DNA of 64,000 bases from Utricularia gibba (Eukaryota > Plantae > Magnoliophyta). Where the stretch lies: assembly GCA_002189035.1 (NCBI GenBank), contig NEEC01000027.1, forward strand, positions 636,451 to 700,450, given 5' to 3'. Position numbers and translations under genes: made by a program. Below, in pieces: positions 26,901-41,370 of this stretch. Position 1 is the stretch's first letter. Each line of letters opens with the position of its first letter. The notes below the pieces were generated by a model. That model was given only the letters and a program-made list of their open reading frames with translations. It did no database searches and was not told the origin of the DNA.

Positions 26901-29140
26901 ATTCGAGCTCTGATACATCGTCGGATGACAAAGCTTCCAACACGGAAGATGACCGCCTCGAATGAGCTTCGAAACGGTGTGTCGTGCGCTACGTGGCTCA
27001 TCACGGTTTTCAAGATATCGATAAAATACGAATGGTGCACGAGGCATGCATCATGTGTGCGTAGGAACACACCCGTGGCATTGTAAGGGATCGCGTCGAA
27101 AACAAAAATTTCACACCTTCCAATGAAATGCATATGCTTTGCATGCGAGAAATCCCATTCCTGTCGAATCGGAAGTCCGAGTCAAACCATGGCGAACGTC
27201 GTGGCCACTTTGTGGCACAATTGAAGGCTAATAGAAGGCAATAATTCGAGCTCTGATACATTGTCGGACGACAAAGCTTCCAACACGGAAGATGACCGGC
27301 TCAGAATGAGCTTTGAAACGGTATCCTGTGCGTAGCGTGACTTATCACGGTTTGCAAGATATCGACAAGATATTGAACGAGGCACGAGGCATGCATCATG
27401 GTGGCGTAGGAACACACCCGTGGCATTGTAAGGGATCGCGTCGAAAACAAAAATTTCACACCTTCCAATGAAATGCATATGCTTTGCATGCGAGAAATCC
27501 CATTCCTGTCGAATCGGAAGTCCCGAGTCGCATCGCGAACGTCGTGGCCACTTTGTGGCACAATTGAAGGCTAATAGAAGGCAATAATTAGAGCTCTGAT
27601 ACATCGTCGGATTACGAAGCTTCCAACACGGAAGATGCCGGCTAGAATGAGCTTTGAAACGTCATGCCGTGCGCAGCGTGACTCATCACGGTTTGCAAGA
27701 TATCGACAAGATATTGAACGAGGCACGAGGCATGCATCAGGTGTGCGTAAGAACACACCCGTGCATTGTAAGGGATCGCCTCGAAAACGAAAATTTCACA
27801 CCTTCCAATGAAATGCATATGTATTGCATGCGCGAAATCCCATTCCTGTCGAATCGGAAGTCCCGAGTCAAACATCGCGAACGTCGTGGCCACTTTGTGG
27901 CACAATTGAAGGCTAATAGAAGGCAATAATTCGAGCTCTGATACATTGTCGGACGACAAAGCTTCCAACACGGAAGATGACCGGCTTGAATGAGCTTTGA
28001 AACGGTATCCTGTGCGTAGCGTGACTTATCACGGTTTGCAAGATATCGACAAGATATTGAACGAGGCACGAGGTGCATCATGTGTGCGTAGGAACACACC
28101 CGTGGCATTGTAAGGGATCGCGTCGAAAACAAAAATTTCACACCTTCCAATGAAATGCATATGCTTTGCATGCGAGAAATCCATTCCTGTCGAATCGGAA
28201 GTCCCGAGTCACACCATCGCGAACGTCGTGGCCACTTTGTGGCACAATTGAAGGCTAAAGAAGGCAATAATTCGAGCTCTGATACATCGTCGGAACGAAG
28301 CTTCCAACACGGAAGATGCCGGCTAAGAATGAGCTTTGAAACGTCATGCCGTGCGCAGCGTGACTCATCACGGTTTGCAAGATATCGACAAGATATTGAA
28401 CGAGGCACGAGGCATGCATCAGGTGTGCGTAAGAACACACCCGTGCATTGTAAGGGATCGCCTCGAAAACGAAAATTTCACACCTTCCAATGAAATGCAT
28501 ATGTATTTGCATGCGAGAAATCCCATTCGTCGAATCGGAAGTCCCGAGTCACACCATCGCGAACGTCGTGGCCACTTTGTGGCACAATTGAAGGCTAATA
28601 GAAGGCAATAATTCGAGCTCTGATACATCGTCGGACGACAAGCTTCCAACACGGAAGATGACCGGCTCAGAATGAGCTTTGAAACGTCATGCCGTGCGCA
28701 GCGTGACTCATCACGGTTTGCAAGATATCGACAAGATATTGAACGAGGCACGAGGCATGCATCATGTGTGCGTAGGAACACACCCGTGGCATTGTAAGGG
28801 ATCGCGTCGAAAACGAAAATTTCACACCTTCCAATGAAATGCATATGTTTGCATGCGAGAAATCACATTCGCATCGAATCGGAAGTCCCGAGTCGCATCG
28901 TCGCGAACGTCGTGGCCAATTTGGGGCACATTGAAGGCTAAAATACGGCAATAATTCGAGCTCTGATACATCGTCGGACGACAAAGCTTCCAACACGGAA
29001 GATGACCGGCTCAGAATGAGATTTAAAACGTCATGCTGTGCGCAGCGTGACTCATCACGGTTTGCAAGATATTGCAAGATATTGAACGCGGCACGAAGCA
29101 TGCATCAGTTGTGCGTATGAACACACCCGTGGCATTGTAA

Positions 29141-30862
29141 GGGATCACCTCAAAAATGAAAATTTCACACCTTCCAATGAAATCCATATGTTTTACAAAC
29201 GAGAAATCACATTCGCGTCGAATCGGAAGCCCCGAGTCGAATTATCGCGAACGTCATGGCAACTTTGTGGCACAATTGAAGGCTAATATAAGGAAATAAT
29301 TCGAGCTCTGATAAATCGTCGGACGACGAAGCTTCCATCACGGATGATGACCGCCTCGGAATGAGCTTCGAAACGGTGTGTCGTGCGCAACGCGGGTAAT
29401 CACGGTTTTGAAGATATCGACAAAATACGGAATGGTGCACGAGGTCTACATCAGGTGTGGGTTGAAAAACACCCGTGGCATTGTAAGGGATCGCCTCGAA
29501 AACGAAAATTTCACACCTTCCAATGAAATGCATATGTATTGCATGCGCGAAATCCCATTCCTGTCGAATCGGAAGTCCCGAGTCAAACCATCGCGAACGT
29601 CGTGGCCACTTTGTGGCACAATTGAAGGCTAATAGAAGGCAATAATTCGAGCTCTGATACATTGTCGGACGACAAAGCTTCCAACACGGAAGATGACCGG
29701 CTTAGAATGAGCTTTGAAACGGTATCCTGTGCGTAGCGTGACTTATCACGGTTTGCAAGATATCGACAAGATATTGAACGAGGCACGAGGCATGCATCAT
29801 GTGTGCGTAGGAACACACCCGTGGCATTGTAAGGGATCGCGTCGAAAACAAAAATTTCACACCTTCCAATGAAATGCATATGCTTTGCATGCGAGAAATC
29901 CATTCCTGTCGAATCGGAAGTCCCGAGTCACACCATCGCGAACGTCGTGGCCACTTTGTGGCACAATTGAAGGCTAATAGAAGGCAATAATTAGAGCTCT
30001 GATACATCGTCGGATTACGAAGCTTCCAACACGGAAGATGCTCGGCTAAGAATGAGCTTTGAAACGTCATGCCGTGCGCAGCGTGACTCATCACGGTTTG
30101 CAAGATATCGACAAGATATTGAACGAGGCACGAGGCATGCATCAGGTGTGCGTAAGAAACACCCGTGCATTGTAAGGGATCGCCTCGAAAACGAAAATTT
30201 CACACCTTCCAATGAAATGCATATGTATTGCATGCGAGAAATCCCATTCCTGTCGAATCGGAAGTCCCGAGTCACACCATCGCGAACGTCGTGGCCACTT
30301 TGTGGCACAATTGAAGGCTAATAGAAGGCAATAATTCGAGCTCTGATACATCGTCGGACGACGAAGCTTCCAACACGGAAGATGACCGGCTCAGAATGAG
30401 CTTTGAAACGGTATGCCGTGCGCAGCGTGACTCATCACGGTTTGCAAGATATCGACAAGATATTGAACGAGGCACGAGGCATGCATCATTGTGCGTAGAA
30501 CACACCCGTGGCATTGTAAGGGATCGCGTCGAAAACGAAAATTTCACACCTTCCAATGAAATGCATATGTTTGCATGCGAGAAATCACATTCGCATCGAA
30601 TCGGAAGTCCCGAGTCGCATCGTCGCGAACGTCGTGGCCAATTTGGGGCACAATTGAAGGCTAAAATACGGCAATAATTCGAGCTCTGATACATCGTCGG
30701 ACGACAAAGCTTCCAACACGGAAGATGACCGGCTCAGAATGAGATTTAAAACGTCATGCTGTGCGCAGCGTGACTCATCACGGTTTGCAAGATATTGCAA
30801 GATATTGAACGCGGCACGAGCATGCATCAGTTGTGCGTATGAACACACCCGTGGCATTGTAA
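29141..30862 (+). repeat. 5-mer HOR unit (1722 bp)
   Basis: A anchors at 29141 and 30863. Shares the GGGTTGAAAAACACC variant with the 4418 unit. Confidence 0.88.
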
Positions 30863-33800
30863 GGGATCACCTCAAAAATGAAAATTTCACACCTTCCAAT
30901 GAAATCCATATGTTTTACAAACGAGAAATCACATTCGCGTCGAATCGGAAGCCCCGAGTCGAATTATCGCGAACGTCATGGCAATTTGTGGCACAATTGA
31001 AGGCTAATATAAGGAAATAATTCGAGCTCTGATAAATCGTCGGACGACGAAGCTTCCATCACGGATGATGACCGCCTCGGAATGAGCTTCGAAACGGTGT
31101 GTCGTGCGCAACGCGGGTAATCACGGTTTTGAAGATATCGACAAAATACGGAATGGTGCACGAGGTCTACATCAGGTGTGGGTTGGAAAACACCCGTGGC
31201 ATTGTAAGGGATCGCCTCGAAAACGAAAATTTCACACCTTCCAATGAAATGCATATGTATTTGCATGCGAGAAATCCATTCCTGTCGAATCGGAAGTCCC
31301 GAGTCAAACCATCGCGAACGTCGTGGCCACTTTGTGGCACAATTGAAGGCTAATAGAAGGCAATAATTCGAGCTCTGATACATTGTCGGACGACAAAGCT
31401 TCCAACACGGAAGATGACCGCTCCGAATGAGCTTCGAACGGTGTGTCGTGCGCTACGTGGCTCATCACGGTTTTCAAGATATCGATAAAATACAGAATGG
31501 CACGAGGCATGCATCATGTGTGCGTAAGAACACACCCGTGGCATTGTAAGGGATCGCCTCGAAAAAAAAATTTCACACCTTCCAATGAAATGCATATGTT
31601 TGCATGCGAGAAATCATTCCGTCGAATCGGAAGTCCCGAGTCAAACCATCGCGAACGTCGTGGCCACTTGTGGCACAATTGAAGGCTAATAGAAGGCAAT
31701 AATTCGAGCTCTGATACATTGTCGGACGACAAAGCTTCCAACACGGAAGATGACCGCTCAGAATGAGCTTTGAAACGGTATCCTGTGCGTAGCGTGACTT
31801 ATCACGGTTTGCAAGATATCGACAAGATATTGAACGAGGCACGAGGCATGCATCAGTGTGCGTAGGAACACACCCGTGGCATTGTAAGGGATCGCCTCGA
31901 AAACAAAAATTTCACACCTCCAATGAAATGCATATGTTGCATGCGAGAAATCCCATTCCTGTCGAATCGGAAGTCCCGAGTCAATCGCGAACGTCGGCCA
32001 CTTTGTGGCACAATTGAAGGCTAATAGAAGGCAATAATTCGAGCTCTGATACATCGTCGGACGACAAAGCTTCCAACACGGAAGATGACCGGCTCAGAAT
32101 GAGCTTTGAAACGTATGCCGTGAGCAAGATATTGAACGAGGCACGAGGCATGCATCATGTGTGCGTAGGAACACACCCGTGGCATTGTAAGGGATCGCTC
32201 GAAAACAAAAATTTCACACCTTCCAATGAAATGCATATGCAGAAATCCCATTCCTGTCGAATCGGAAGTCCCGAGTCACACCATCGCGAACGTCGTGGCC
32301 ACTTTGTGGCACAATTGAAGGCTAATAGAAGGCAATAATTGAGCTCTGATACATCGTCGGAAACGAAAGCTTCCAACACGGAAGATGCTCGGCTAAGAAT
32401 GAGCTTTGAAACGTCATGCCGTGCGCAGCGTGACTCATCACGGTTTGCAAGATATCGACAAGATATTGAACGAGGCACGAGGCATGCATCAGGTGTGCGT
32501 AAGAACACACCCGTGCATTGTAAGGGATCGCCTCGAAAACGAAAATTTCACACCTTCCAATGAAATGCATATGTATTGCATGCGAGAAATCCCATTCCTG
32601 TCGAATCGGAAGTCCCGAGTCAACCATCGCGAACGTCGTGGCCACTTTGTGGCACAATTGAAGGCTAATAGAAGGCAATAATTCGAGCTCTGATACATTG
32701 TCGGACGACAAAGCTTCCAACACGGAAGATGACCGGCTCAGAATGAGCTTTGAAACGGTATCCTGTGCGTAGCGTGACTCATCACGGTTTGCAAGATATC
32801 GACAAGATATTGAACGAGGCACGAGGCATGCATCAGTGTGCGTAGGAACACACCCGTGGCATTGTAAGGGATCGCGTCGAAAACGAAATTTTTCACACTT
32901 CCAATGAAATGCATATGTTTTGCAGCGAGAAATCACATTCGTCGAATCGGAAGTCCCGAGTCGCATCGTCGCGAACGTCGTGGCCAATTTGGGGCACAAT
33001 TGAAGGCTAAAAAGGCAATAATTCGAGCTCTGATACATCGTCGGACGACAAAGCTTCCAACACGGAAGATGACCGGCTCAGAATGAGATTTAAACGTCAT
33101 GCTGTGCGCAGCGTGACTCATCACGGTTTGCAAGATATTGCAAGATATTGAACGCGGCACGAAGCATGCATCAGTTGTGCGTATGAACACACCCGTGGCA
33201 TTGTAAGGGATCACCTCAAAAATGAAAATTTCACACCTTCCAATGAAATCCATATGTTTTACAAACGAGAAATCACATTCGCGTCGAATCGGAAGCCCGA
33301 GTCGAATTATCGCGAACGTCATGGCAACTTTGTGGCACAATTGAAGGCTAATAAAGGAAATAATTCGAGCTCTGATAAATCGTCGGACGACGAAGCTTCC
33401 ATCACGGATGATGACCGCCTCGGAATGAGCTTCGAAACGGTGTGTCGTGCGCAACGCGGGTAATCACGGTTTGAAGATATCGAAAAATACGGAATGGTGC
33501 ACGAGGTCTACATCAGGTGTGGGTTGGAAAACACCCGTGGCATTGTAAGGGATCGCCTCGAAAACGAAAATTTCACACCTTCCAATGAAATGCATATGTA
33601 TTGCATGCGCGAAATCCCATTCCTGTCGAATCGGAAGTCCCGAGTCAAACCATCGCGAACGTCGTGGCCACTTTGTGGCACACATTGAAGGCTAATAGAA
33701 GGCAATAATTCGAGCTCTGATACATTGTCGGACGACAAAGCTTCCAACACGGAAGATGACCGGCTCAGAATGAGCTTTGAAACGGTATCCTGTGCGTAGC

Positions 33801-36800
33801 GTGACTTATCACGGTTTGCAAGATATCGACAAGATATTGAACGAGGCACGAGGCATGCATCATGTGTGCGTAGGAACACACCCGTGGCATTGGGGATCGC
33901 GTCGAAAACAAATTTCACACCTTCCAATGAAATGCATATGCTTTGCATGCGAGAAATCCCATTCCTGTCGAATCGGAAGTCCCGAGTCACACCATCGCGA
34001 ACGTCGTGGCCACTTTGTGGCACAATTGAAGGCTAATAGAAGGCAATAATTAGAGCTCTGATACATCGTCGGATTACGAAGCTTCCAACACGGAAGATGC
34101 CGGCTAGAATGAGCTTTGAAACGTCATGCCGTGCGCAGCGTGACTCATCACGGTTTGCAAGATCGACAAGATATTGAACGAGGCACGAGGCATGCATCAG
34201 GTGTGCGTAAGAACACCGTCATTGTAAGGGATCGCCTCGAAAACGAAAATTTCACACCTTCCAATGAAATGCATATGTTGCATGCGCGAAATCCATTCCT
34301 GTCGAATCGGAAGTCCCGAGTCAAACATCGCGAACGTCGTGGCCACTTTGTGGCACAATTGAAGGCTAATAGAAGGCAATAATTCGAGCTCTGATACATT
34401 GTCGGACGACAAAAGCTTCCAACACGGAAGATGACCGGCTTAGAATGAGCTTTGAAACGGTATCCTGTGCGTAGCGTGACTTATCACGGTTTGCAAGATA
34501 TCGACAAGATATTGAACGAGGCACGAGGCATGCATCATGTGTGCGTAGGAACACACCCGTGGCATTGTAAGGGATCGCGTCGAAAACAAAAATTTCACAC
34601 CTTCCAATGAAATGCATATGCTTTGCATGCGAGAAATCCCATTCCTGTCGAATCGGAAGTCCGAGTCACACCATCGCGAACGTCGTGGCCACTTTGTGGC
34701 ACAATTGAAGGCTAATAGAAGGCAATAATTAGAGCTCTGATACATCGTCGGATTACGAAGCTTCCAACACGGAAGATGCTCGGCTAAGAATGAGCTTTGA
34801 AACGTCATGCCGTGCGCAGCGTGACTCATCACGGTTTGCAAGATATCGACAAGATATTGAACGAGGCACGAGGCATGCATCAGGTGTGCGTAAGAACACA
34901 CCCGTGGCATTGTAAGGGATCGCCTCGAAAACGAAAATTTCACACCTTCCAATGAAATGCATATGTATTGCATGCGAGAAATCCCATTCCTGTCGAATCG
35001 GAAGTCCCGAGTCACACCATCGCGAACGTCGTGGCCACTTTGTGGCACAATTGAAGGCTAATAGAAGGCAATAATACATTGTCGGACGACAAAGCTTCCA
35101 ACACGGAAGATGACCGGCTCAGAATGAGCTTTGAAACGGTATCCTGTGCGTAGCGTGACTCATCACGGTTTGCAAGATATCGACAAGATATTGAACGAGG
35201 CACGAGGCATGCATCATGGTGTGCGTAGGAACACACCCGTGGCATTGTAAGGGATCGCGTCGAAAACGAAATTTTCACACCTTCCAATGAAATGCATATG
35301 TTTTGCATGCGAGAAATCACATTCGTCGAATCGGAAGTCCCGAGTCGCATCGTCGCGAACGTCGTGGCCAATTTGGGGCACAATTGAAGGCTAAAATACG
35401 GCAATAATTCGAGCTCTGATACATCGTCGGACGACAAAGCTTCCAACACGGAAGATGACCGGCTCAGAATGAGATTTAAAACGTCATGCTGTGCGCAGCG
35501 TGACTCATCACGGTTTGCAAGATATTGCAAGATATTGAACGCGGCACGAAGCATGCATCAGTTGTGCGTATGAACACACCCGTGGCATTGTAAGGGATCA
35601 CCTCAAAAATGAAAATTTCACACCTTCCAATGAAATCCATATGTTTTACAAACGAGAAATCACATTCGCATCGAATCGGAAGCCCGAGTCGAATTATCGC
35701 GAACGTCATGGCAACTTTGTGGCACAATTGAAGGCTAATATAAGGAAATAATTCGAGCTCTGATAAATCGTCGGACGACGAAGCTTCCATCACGGATGAT
35801 GACCGCCTCGGAATGAGCTTCGAAACGGTGTTCGTGCGCAACGCGGGTAATCACGGTTTTGAAGATATCGACAAAATACGGAATGGTGCACGAGTCTACA
35901 TCAGGTGTGGTTGGAAAACACCCGTGGCATTGTAAGGGATCGCCTCGAAAACGAAAATTTCACACCTTCCAATGAAATGCATGCGCGAAAATCCCATTCC
36001 TGTCGATCGGAAGTCCCGAGTCAAACCATCGCGAACGTCGTGGCCACTTTGTGGCACAATTGAAGGCTAATAGAAGGCAATAATTCGAGCTCTGATACAT
36101 TGTCGGACGACAAAGCTTCCAACACGGAAGATGACCGGCTCAGAATGAGCTTTGAAACGGATCCTGTGCGTAGCGTGACTTATCACGGTTTGCAAGATAT
36201 CGACAAGATATTGAACGAGGCACGAGGCATGCATCATGTGTGCGTAGGAACACACCCGTGGCATTGTAAGGATCGCGTCGAAAACGAAAATTTCACACCT
36301 TCCAATGAAATGCATATGTTTGCATGCGAGAAATCCATTCGCATCGAATCGGAAGTCCCGAGTCGCATCGTCGAACGTCGTGGCCAATTTGGGCACAATT
36401 GAAGGCTAAAATACGGCAATAATTCGAGCTCTGATACATCGTCGGACGACAAAGCTTCCAACACGGAAGATGACCGCTCAGAATGAGATTTAAAACGTCA
36501 TGCTGTGCGCAGCGTGACTCATCACGGTTTGCAAGATATTGCAAGATATTGAACGCGGCACGAAGCATGCATCAGTTGTGCGTATGAACACACCCGTGGC
36601 ATTGTAAGGGATCACCTCAAAAATGAAAATTTCACACCTTCCAATGAAATCCATATGTTTTACAAACGAGAAATCACATTCGCGTCGAATCGGAAGCCCC
36701 GAGTCGAATTATCGCGAACATGGCAACTTTGTGGCCAATTGAAGGCTAATATAAGGAAATAATTCGAGCTCTGATAAATCGTCGACGACGAAGCTTCCAT

Positions 36801-39800
36801 CACGGATGATGACCGCTCGGAATGAGCTTCGAAACGTGTGTCGTGCGCAACGCGGGTAATCACGGTTTTGAAGATATCGACAAGATATTGAACGAGGCAC
36901 GAGGCATGCATCAGGTGTGCGTAAGAAAACACCCGTGGCATTGTAAGGGATCGCCTCGAAAACGAAAATTTCACACCTTCCAATGAAATCATATGTTTGA
37001 TAGCGAAATCACATTCCGTCGAATCGGAAGTCCCGAGTCGCATCGTCGCGAACGTCGTGGCCAATTTGGGCACAATTGAAGGCTAACATACGACAATAAT
37101 TCGAGCTCTGATACATCGTCGGACGACAAAGCTTCCAACACGGAATGACCGCTCCGAATGAGCTTGAAACGGTGTGTCGTTCGTGGTCACGGTTTTCAAG
37201 ATATCGATAAATACAGAATGGTGCACGAGGCATGCATCATGTGTGCGTAAGAACACACCCGCGGCATTGTAAGGGATCGCCTCGAAAACGAAAATTTCAC
37301 ACCTTCCAATGAAATGCATATGTTTGCATGCGAGAAATCCCATTCCTGTCGAATCGGAAGTCCCGAGTCAAACCATCGCGAACGTCGTGGCCACTTTGGC
37401 ACAATTGAAGGCTAATAGAAGGCAATAATTCGAGCTCTGATACATTGTCGGACGACAAAGCTTCCAACACGGAAGATGACCGGCTCAGAATGAGCTTTGA
37501 AACGGTATCCTGTGCGTAGCGTGACTTATCACGGTTTGCAAGATATCGACAAGATATTGAACGAGGCACGAGGCATGCATCATGTGTGCGTAGGAAAACA
37601 CCCGTGGCATTGTAAGGGATCGCGTCGAAAACAAAAATTTCACACCTTCCAATGAAATGCATATGCTTTGCATGCGAGAAATCCCATTCCTGTCGAATCG
37701 GAAGTCCCGAGTCACACCATCGCGAACGTCGTGGCCACTTTGTGGCACAATTGAAGGCTAATAGAAGGCAATAATTAGAGCTCTGATACATCGTCGGACG
37801 ACGAAGCTTCCAACACGGAAGATGCCGGCTAGAATGAGCTTAAACGTCATGCCGTGCGCAGCGTGACTCATCACGGTTTGCAAGATATCGACAAGATATT
37901 GAACGAGGCACGAGGCATGCATCAGGTGTGCGTAGAACACACCCGTGGCATTGTAAGGGATCGCCTCGAAAACGAAAATTTCACACCTTCCAATGAAATG
38001 CATATGTATTGCATGCGCGAAATCCCATTCCTGTCGAATCGGAAGTCCCGAGTCAAACATCGCGAACGTCGTGGCCACTTTGTGGCACAATTGAAGGCTA
38101 ATAGAAGGCAATAATTCGAGCTCTGATACATTGTCGGACGACAAAGCTTCCAACACGGAAGATGACCGGTTAGAATGAGCTTTGAAACGGTATCCTGTGC
38201 GTAGCGTGACTTATCACGGTTTGCAAGATATCGACAAATATTGAACGAGGCACGAGGCATGCATCATGTGTGCGTAAGGAACACACCCGTGGCATTGTAA
38301 GGGATCGCGTCGAAAACAAAAATTTCACACCTTCCAATGAAATGCATATGCTTTGCATGCGAGAAATCCCATTCCTGTCGAATCGGAAGTCCCGAGTCAC
38401 ACCATCGCGAACGTCGTGGCCACTTTGTGGCACAATTGAAGGCTAATAGAAGGCAATAATTCGAGCTCTGATACATTGTCGGACGACAAAGCTTCCAACA
38501 CGGAAGATGACCGGCTCAGAATGAGCTTTGAAACGGTATCCTGTGCGTAGCGTGACTCATCACGGTTTGCAAGATATCGACAAGATATTGAACGGGCAAG
38601 AGGCATGCATCATGTGTGCGTAGGAACACACCCGTGGCATTGTAAGGGATCGCGTCGAAAACGAAAATTTCACACCTTCCAATGAAATGAATATGTTTGC
38701 AAGCGAGAAATCACATTCGCGTCGAATCGGAAGTCCCGAGTCGCATCGTCGCGAACGTTGTGGCCAATTTGGGCACAATTGAAGGCTAAAATACGGCAAT
38801 AATTCGAGCTCTGATACATCGTCGGACGACAAAGCTTCCAACACGGAAGATGACCGGCTCAGAATGAGATTTAAAACGTCATGCTGTGCGCAGCGTGACT
38901 CATCACGGTTTGCAAGATATTGCAAGATATTGAACGCGGCACGAAGCATGCATCAGTTGTGCGTATGAACACACCCGTGCATTGTAAGGGATCACCTCAA
39001 AAATGAAAATTTCACACCTTCCAATGAAATCCATATGTTTTACAAACGAGAAATCACATTCGCGTCGAATCGGAAGCCCCGAGTCGAATTATCGCGAACG
39101 TCATGGCAACTTTGTGGCACAATTGAAGGCTAATATAAGGAAATAATTCGAGCTCTGATAAATCGTCGGACGACGAAGCTTCCATCACGGATGATGACCG
39201 CTCGGAATGAGCTTCGAAACGGTGAGTCGTGCGCAATGCGGGTAATCACGGTTTTGAAGATATCAACAAAATACGGAATGTGCACGAGGTCTACATCAGG
39301 TGTGGGTTGGAAACACCCGTGCATTGTAAGGGATCGCCTCGAAAACGAAAATTTCACACCTTCCAATGAAATCCATATGTCTTGATAGCGAGAAATCACA
39401 TTCACGTCGAATCGGAAGTCCCGAGTCGCATCGTCGCAAACGTCGTGGCCAATTTTGGGCACAATTGAAGGCTAATATACGAAAATAATTCGAGCTCTGA
39501 TACATTCGGATGACAAAGCTTCCAACACGGAAGATGACCGCCTCCGAATGAGCTTCGAAACGGTGTGTCGTGCGCAACGCGGGTAATCACGGTTTTGAAG
39601 ATATCGACAAAATACGGAATGGTGCACGAGGTCTACATGGTGTGGGTTGGAAAACACCCGTGGCATTGTAAGGGATCGCCTCGAAAACGAAAATTTCACA
39701 CCTTCCAATGAAATGCATGCGCGAAATCCCATTCCTGTCGAATCGGAAGTCCCGAGTCAAACCATCGCGAACGTCGTGGCCACTTTGTGGCACAATTGAA

Positions 39801-40351
39801 GGCTAATAGAAGGCAATAATTCGAGCTCTGATACATTGTCGGACGACAAAGCTTCCAACACGGAAGATGACCGGCTCAGAATGAGCTTTGAAACGGTATC
39901 CTGTGCGTAGCGTGACTTATCACGGTTTGCAAGATATCGACAAGATATTGAACGAGGCACGAGGCATGCATCATGTGTGCGTAGGAACACACCCGTGGCA
40001 TTGTAAGGGATCGCCTCGAAAACAAAAATTTCACACCTTCCAATGAAATGCATATGCTTTGCATGCGAGAAATCCCATTCCTGTCGAATCGGAAGTCCCG
40101 AGTCACACCATCGCGAACGTCGTGGCCACTTTGTGGCACAATTGAAGGCTAATAGAAGGCAATAATTAGAGCTCTGATACATCGTCGGATTACGAAGCTT
40201 CCAACACGGAAGATGCTCGGCTAAGAATGAGCTTTGAAACGTCATGCCGTGCGCAGCGTGACTCATCACGGTTTGCAAGATATCGACAAGATATTGAACG
40301 AGGCACGAGGCATGCATCAGGTGTGCGTAAGAAACACCCGTAGCATTGTAA

Positions 40352-41370
40352 GGGATCGCCTCAAAAAACGAAAATTTCACACCTTCCAATGAAATGCATA
40401 TGTTTTGCATGTGAGAAATCGCATTCGCGTCGAATCGGAAGTCCCGAATCGCATCGTCGCGATCGTCGTTGCCACTTTGTGGCACAATTGATGGCAAATA
40501 TAAGGCAATAAATCGAGCTCTGATACATCGTCGAACGACGATGCTTCCAACACGGAAGATGACCGCCTTCGAATGAGCTTCGAAACGGTGTGTCGTGCGC
40601 GGCGCGGGTAATCACAGTTTTGAAGATATCGACAAAATACGGAATGGTGCACGAGGTCTACATCAGTGTGGGTTGTAAGGGATCGCCTCGAAAACGAAAA
40701 TTTCACACCTTCCAATGAAATCCATATGTCTTGAAAGCGAGAAATCACATTCGCGTCGAATCGGAAGTCCCGAATCGCATCGTCGCGATCGTCGTGGCCA
40801 CTGTGTGCCACAAATGAAGGCTAATATAAGTCAATAATTCATGCTCTCATACATCGTCGGTCGACAAAGCCTCCAACACGGAAGATGACCGGCTCGGAAT
40901 GAGCTTCGAAACGGTGTGTCGTGCGCAACGCGGCTCATCACGGTTCTCAAGATATCGACAAAATACGGGATGGTGCACGAGTCCTGTATCAGGTTTGGGT
41001 TGGAACACACCCGACGCATTGTAAGGGATCGCCGCGAAAACGAAAATTTCACACCTTCCAATGAAATGCAAATGTTTTGCAAGTGAGAAATCACATTCGC
41101 GTCTAATCGGAAGTCACGAGTCGCATCGTCACGAACATCGTGGCCACTTTGTGGCATAATTGAAGGCTAATATAAGGCAATAATTCGAGCTCTGATACAT
41201 TGTCGGACGACAAAGCTTCCAACACAGAAGATGACCGGCTCAGAATGAGCTTTGAAACGGTATCCTGTGCGTAGCGTGACTCATCACGGTTTGCAAGATA
41301 TCGACAAGATATTGAACGAGGCACGAGGCATGCATCATGTGTGCGTAGGAACACACCCGTGGCATTGTAA
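40352..41370 (+). repeat. Island of three diverged monomers (G/H/I), copy 2
   Basis: Carries the same private substitutions as 15774-16789, offset by ~24,580 bp. Confidence 0.92.
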
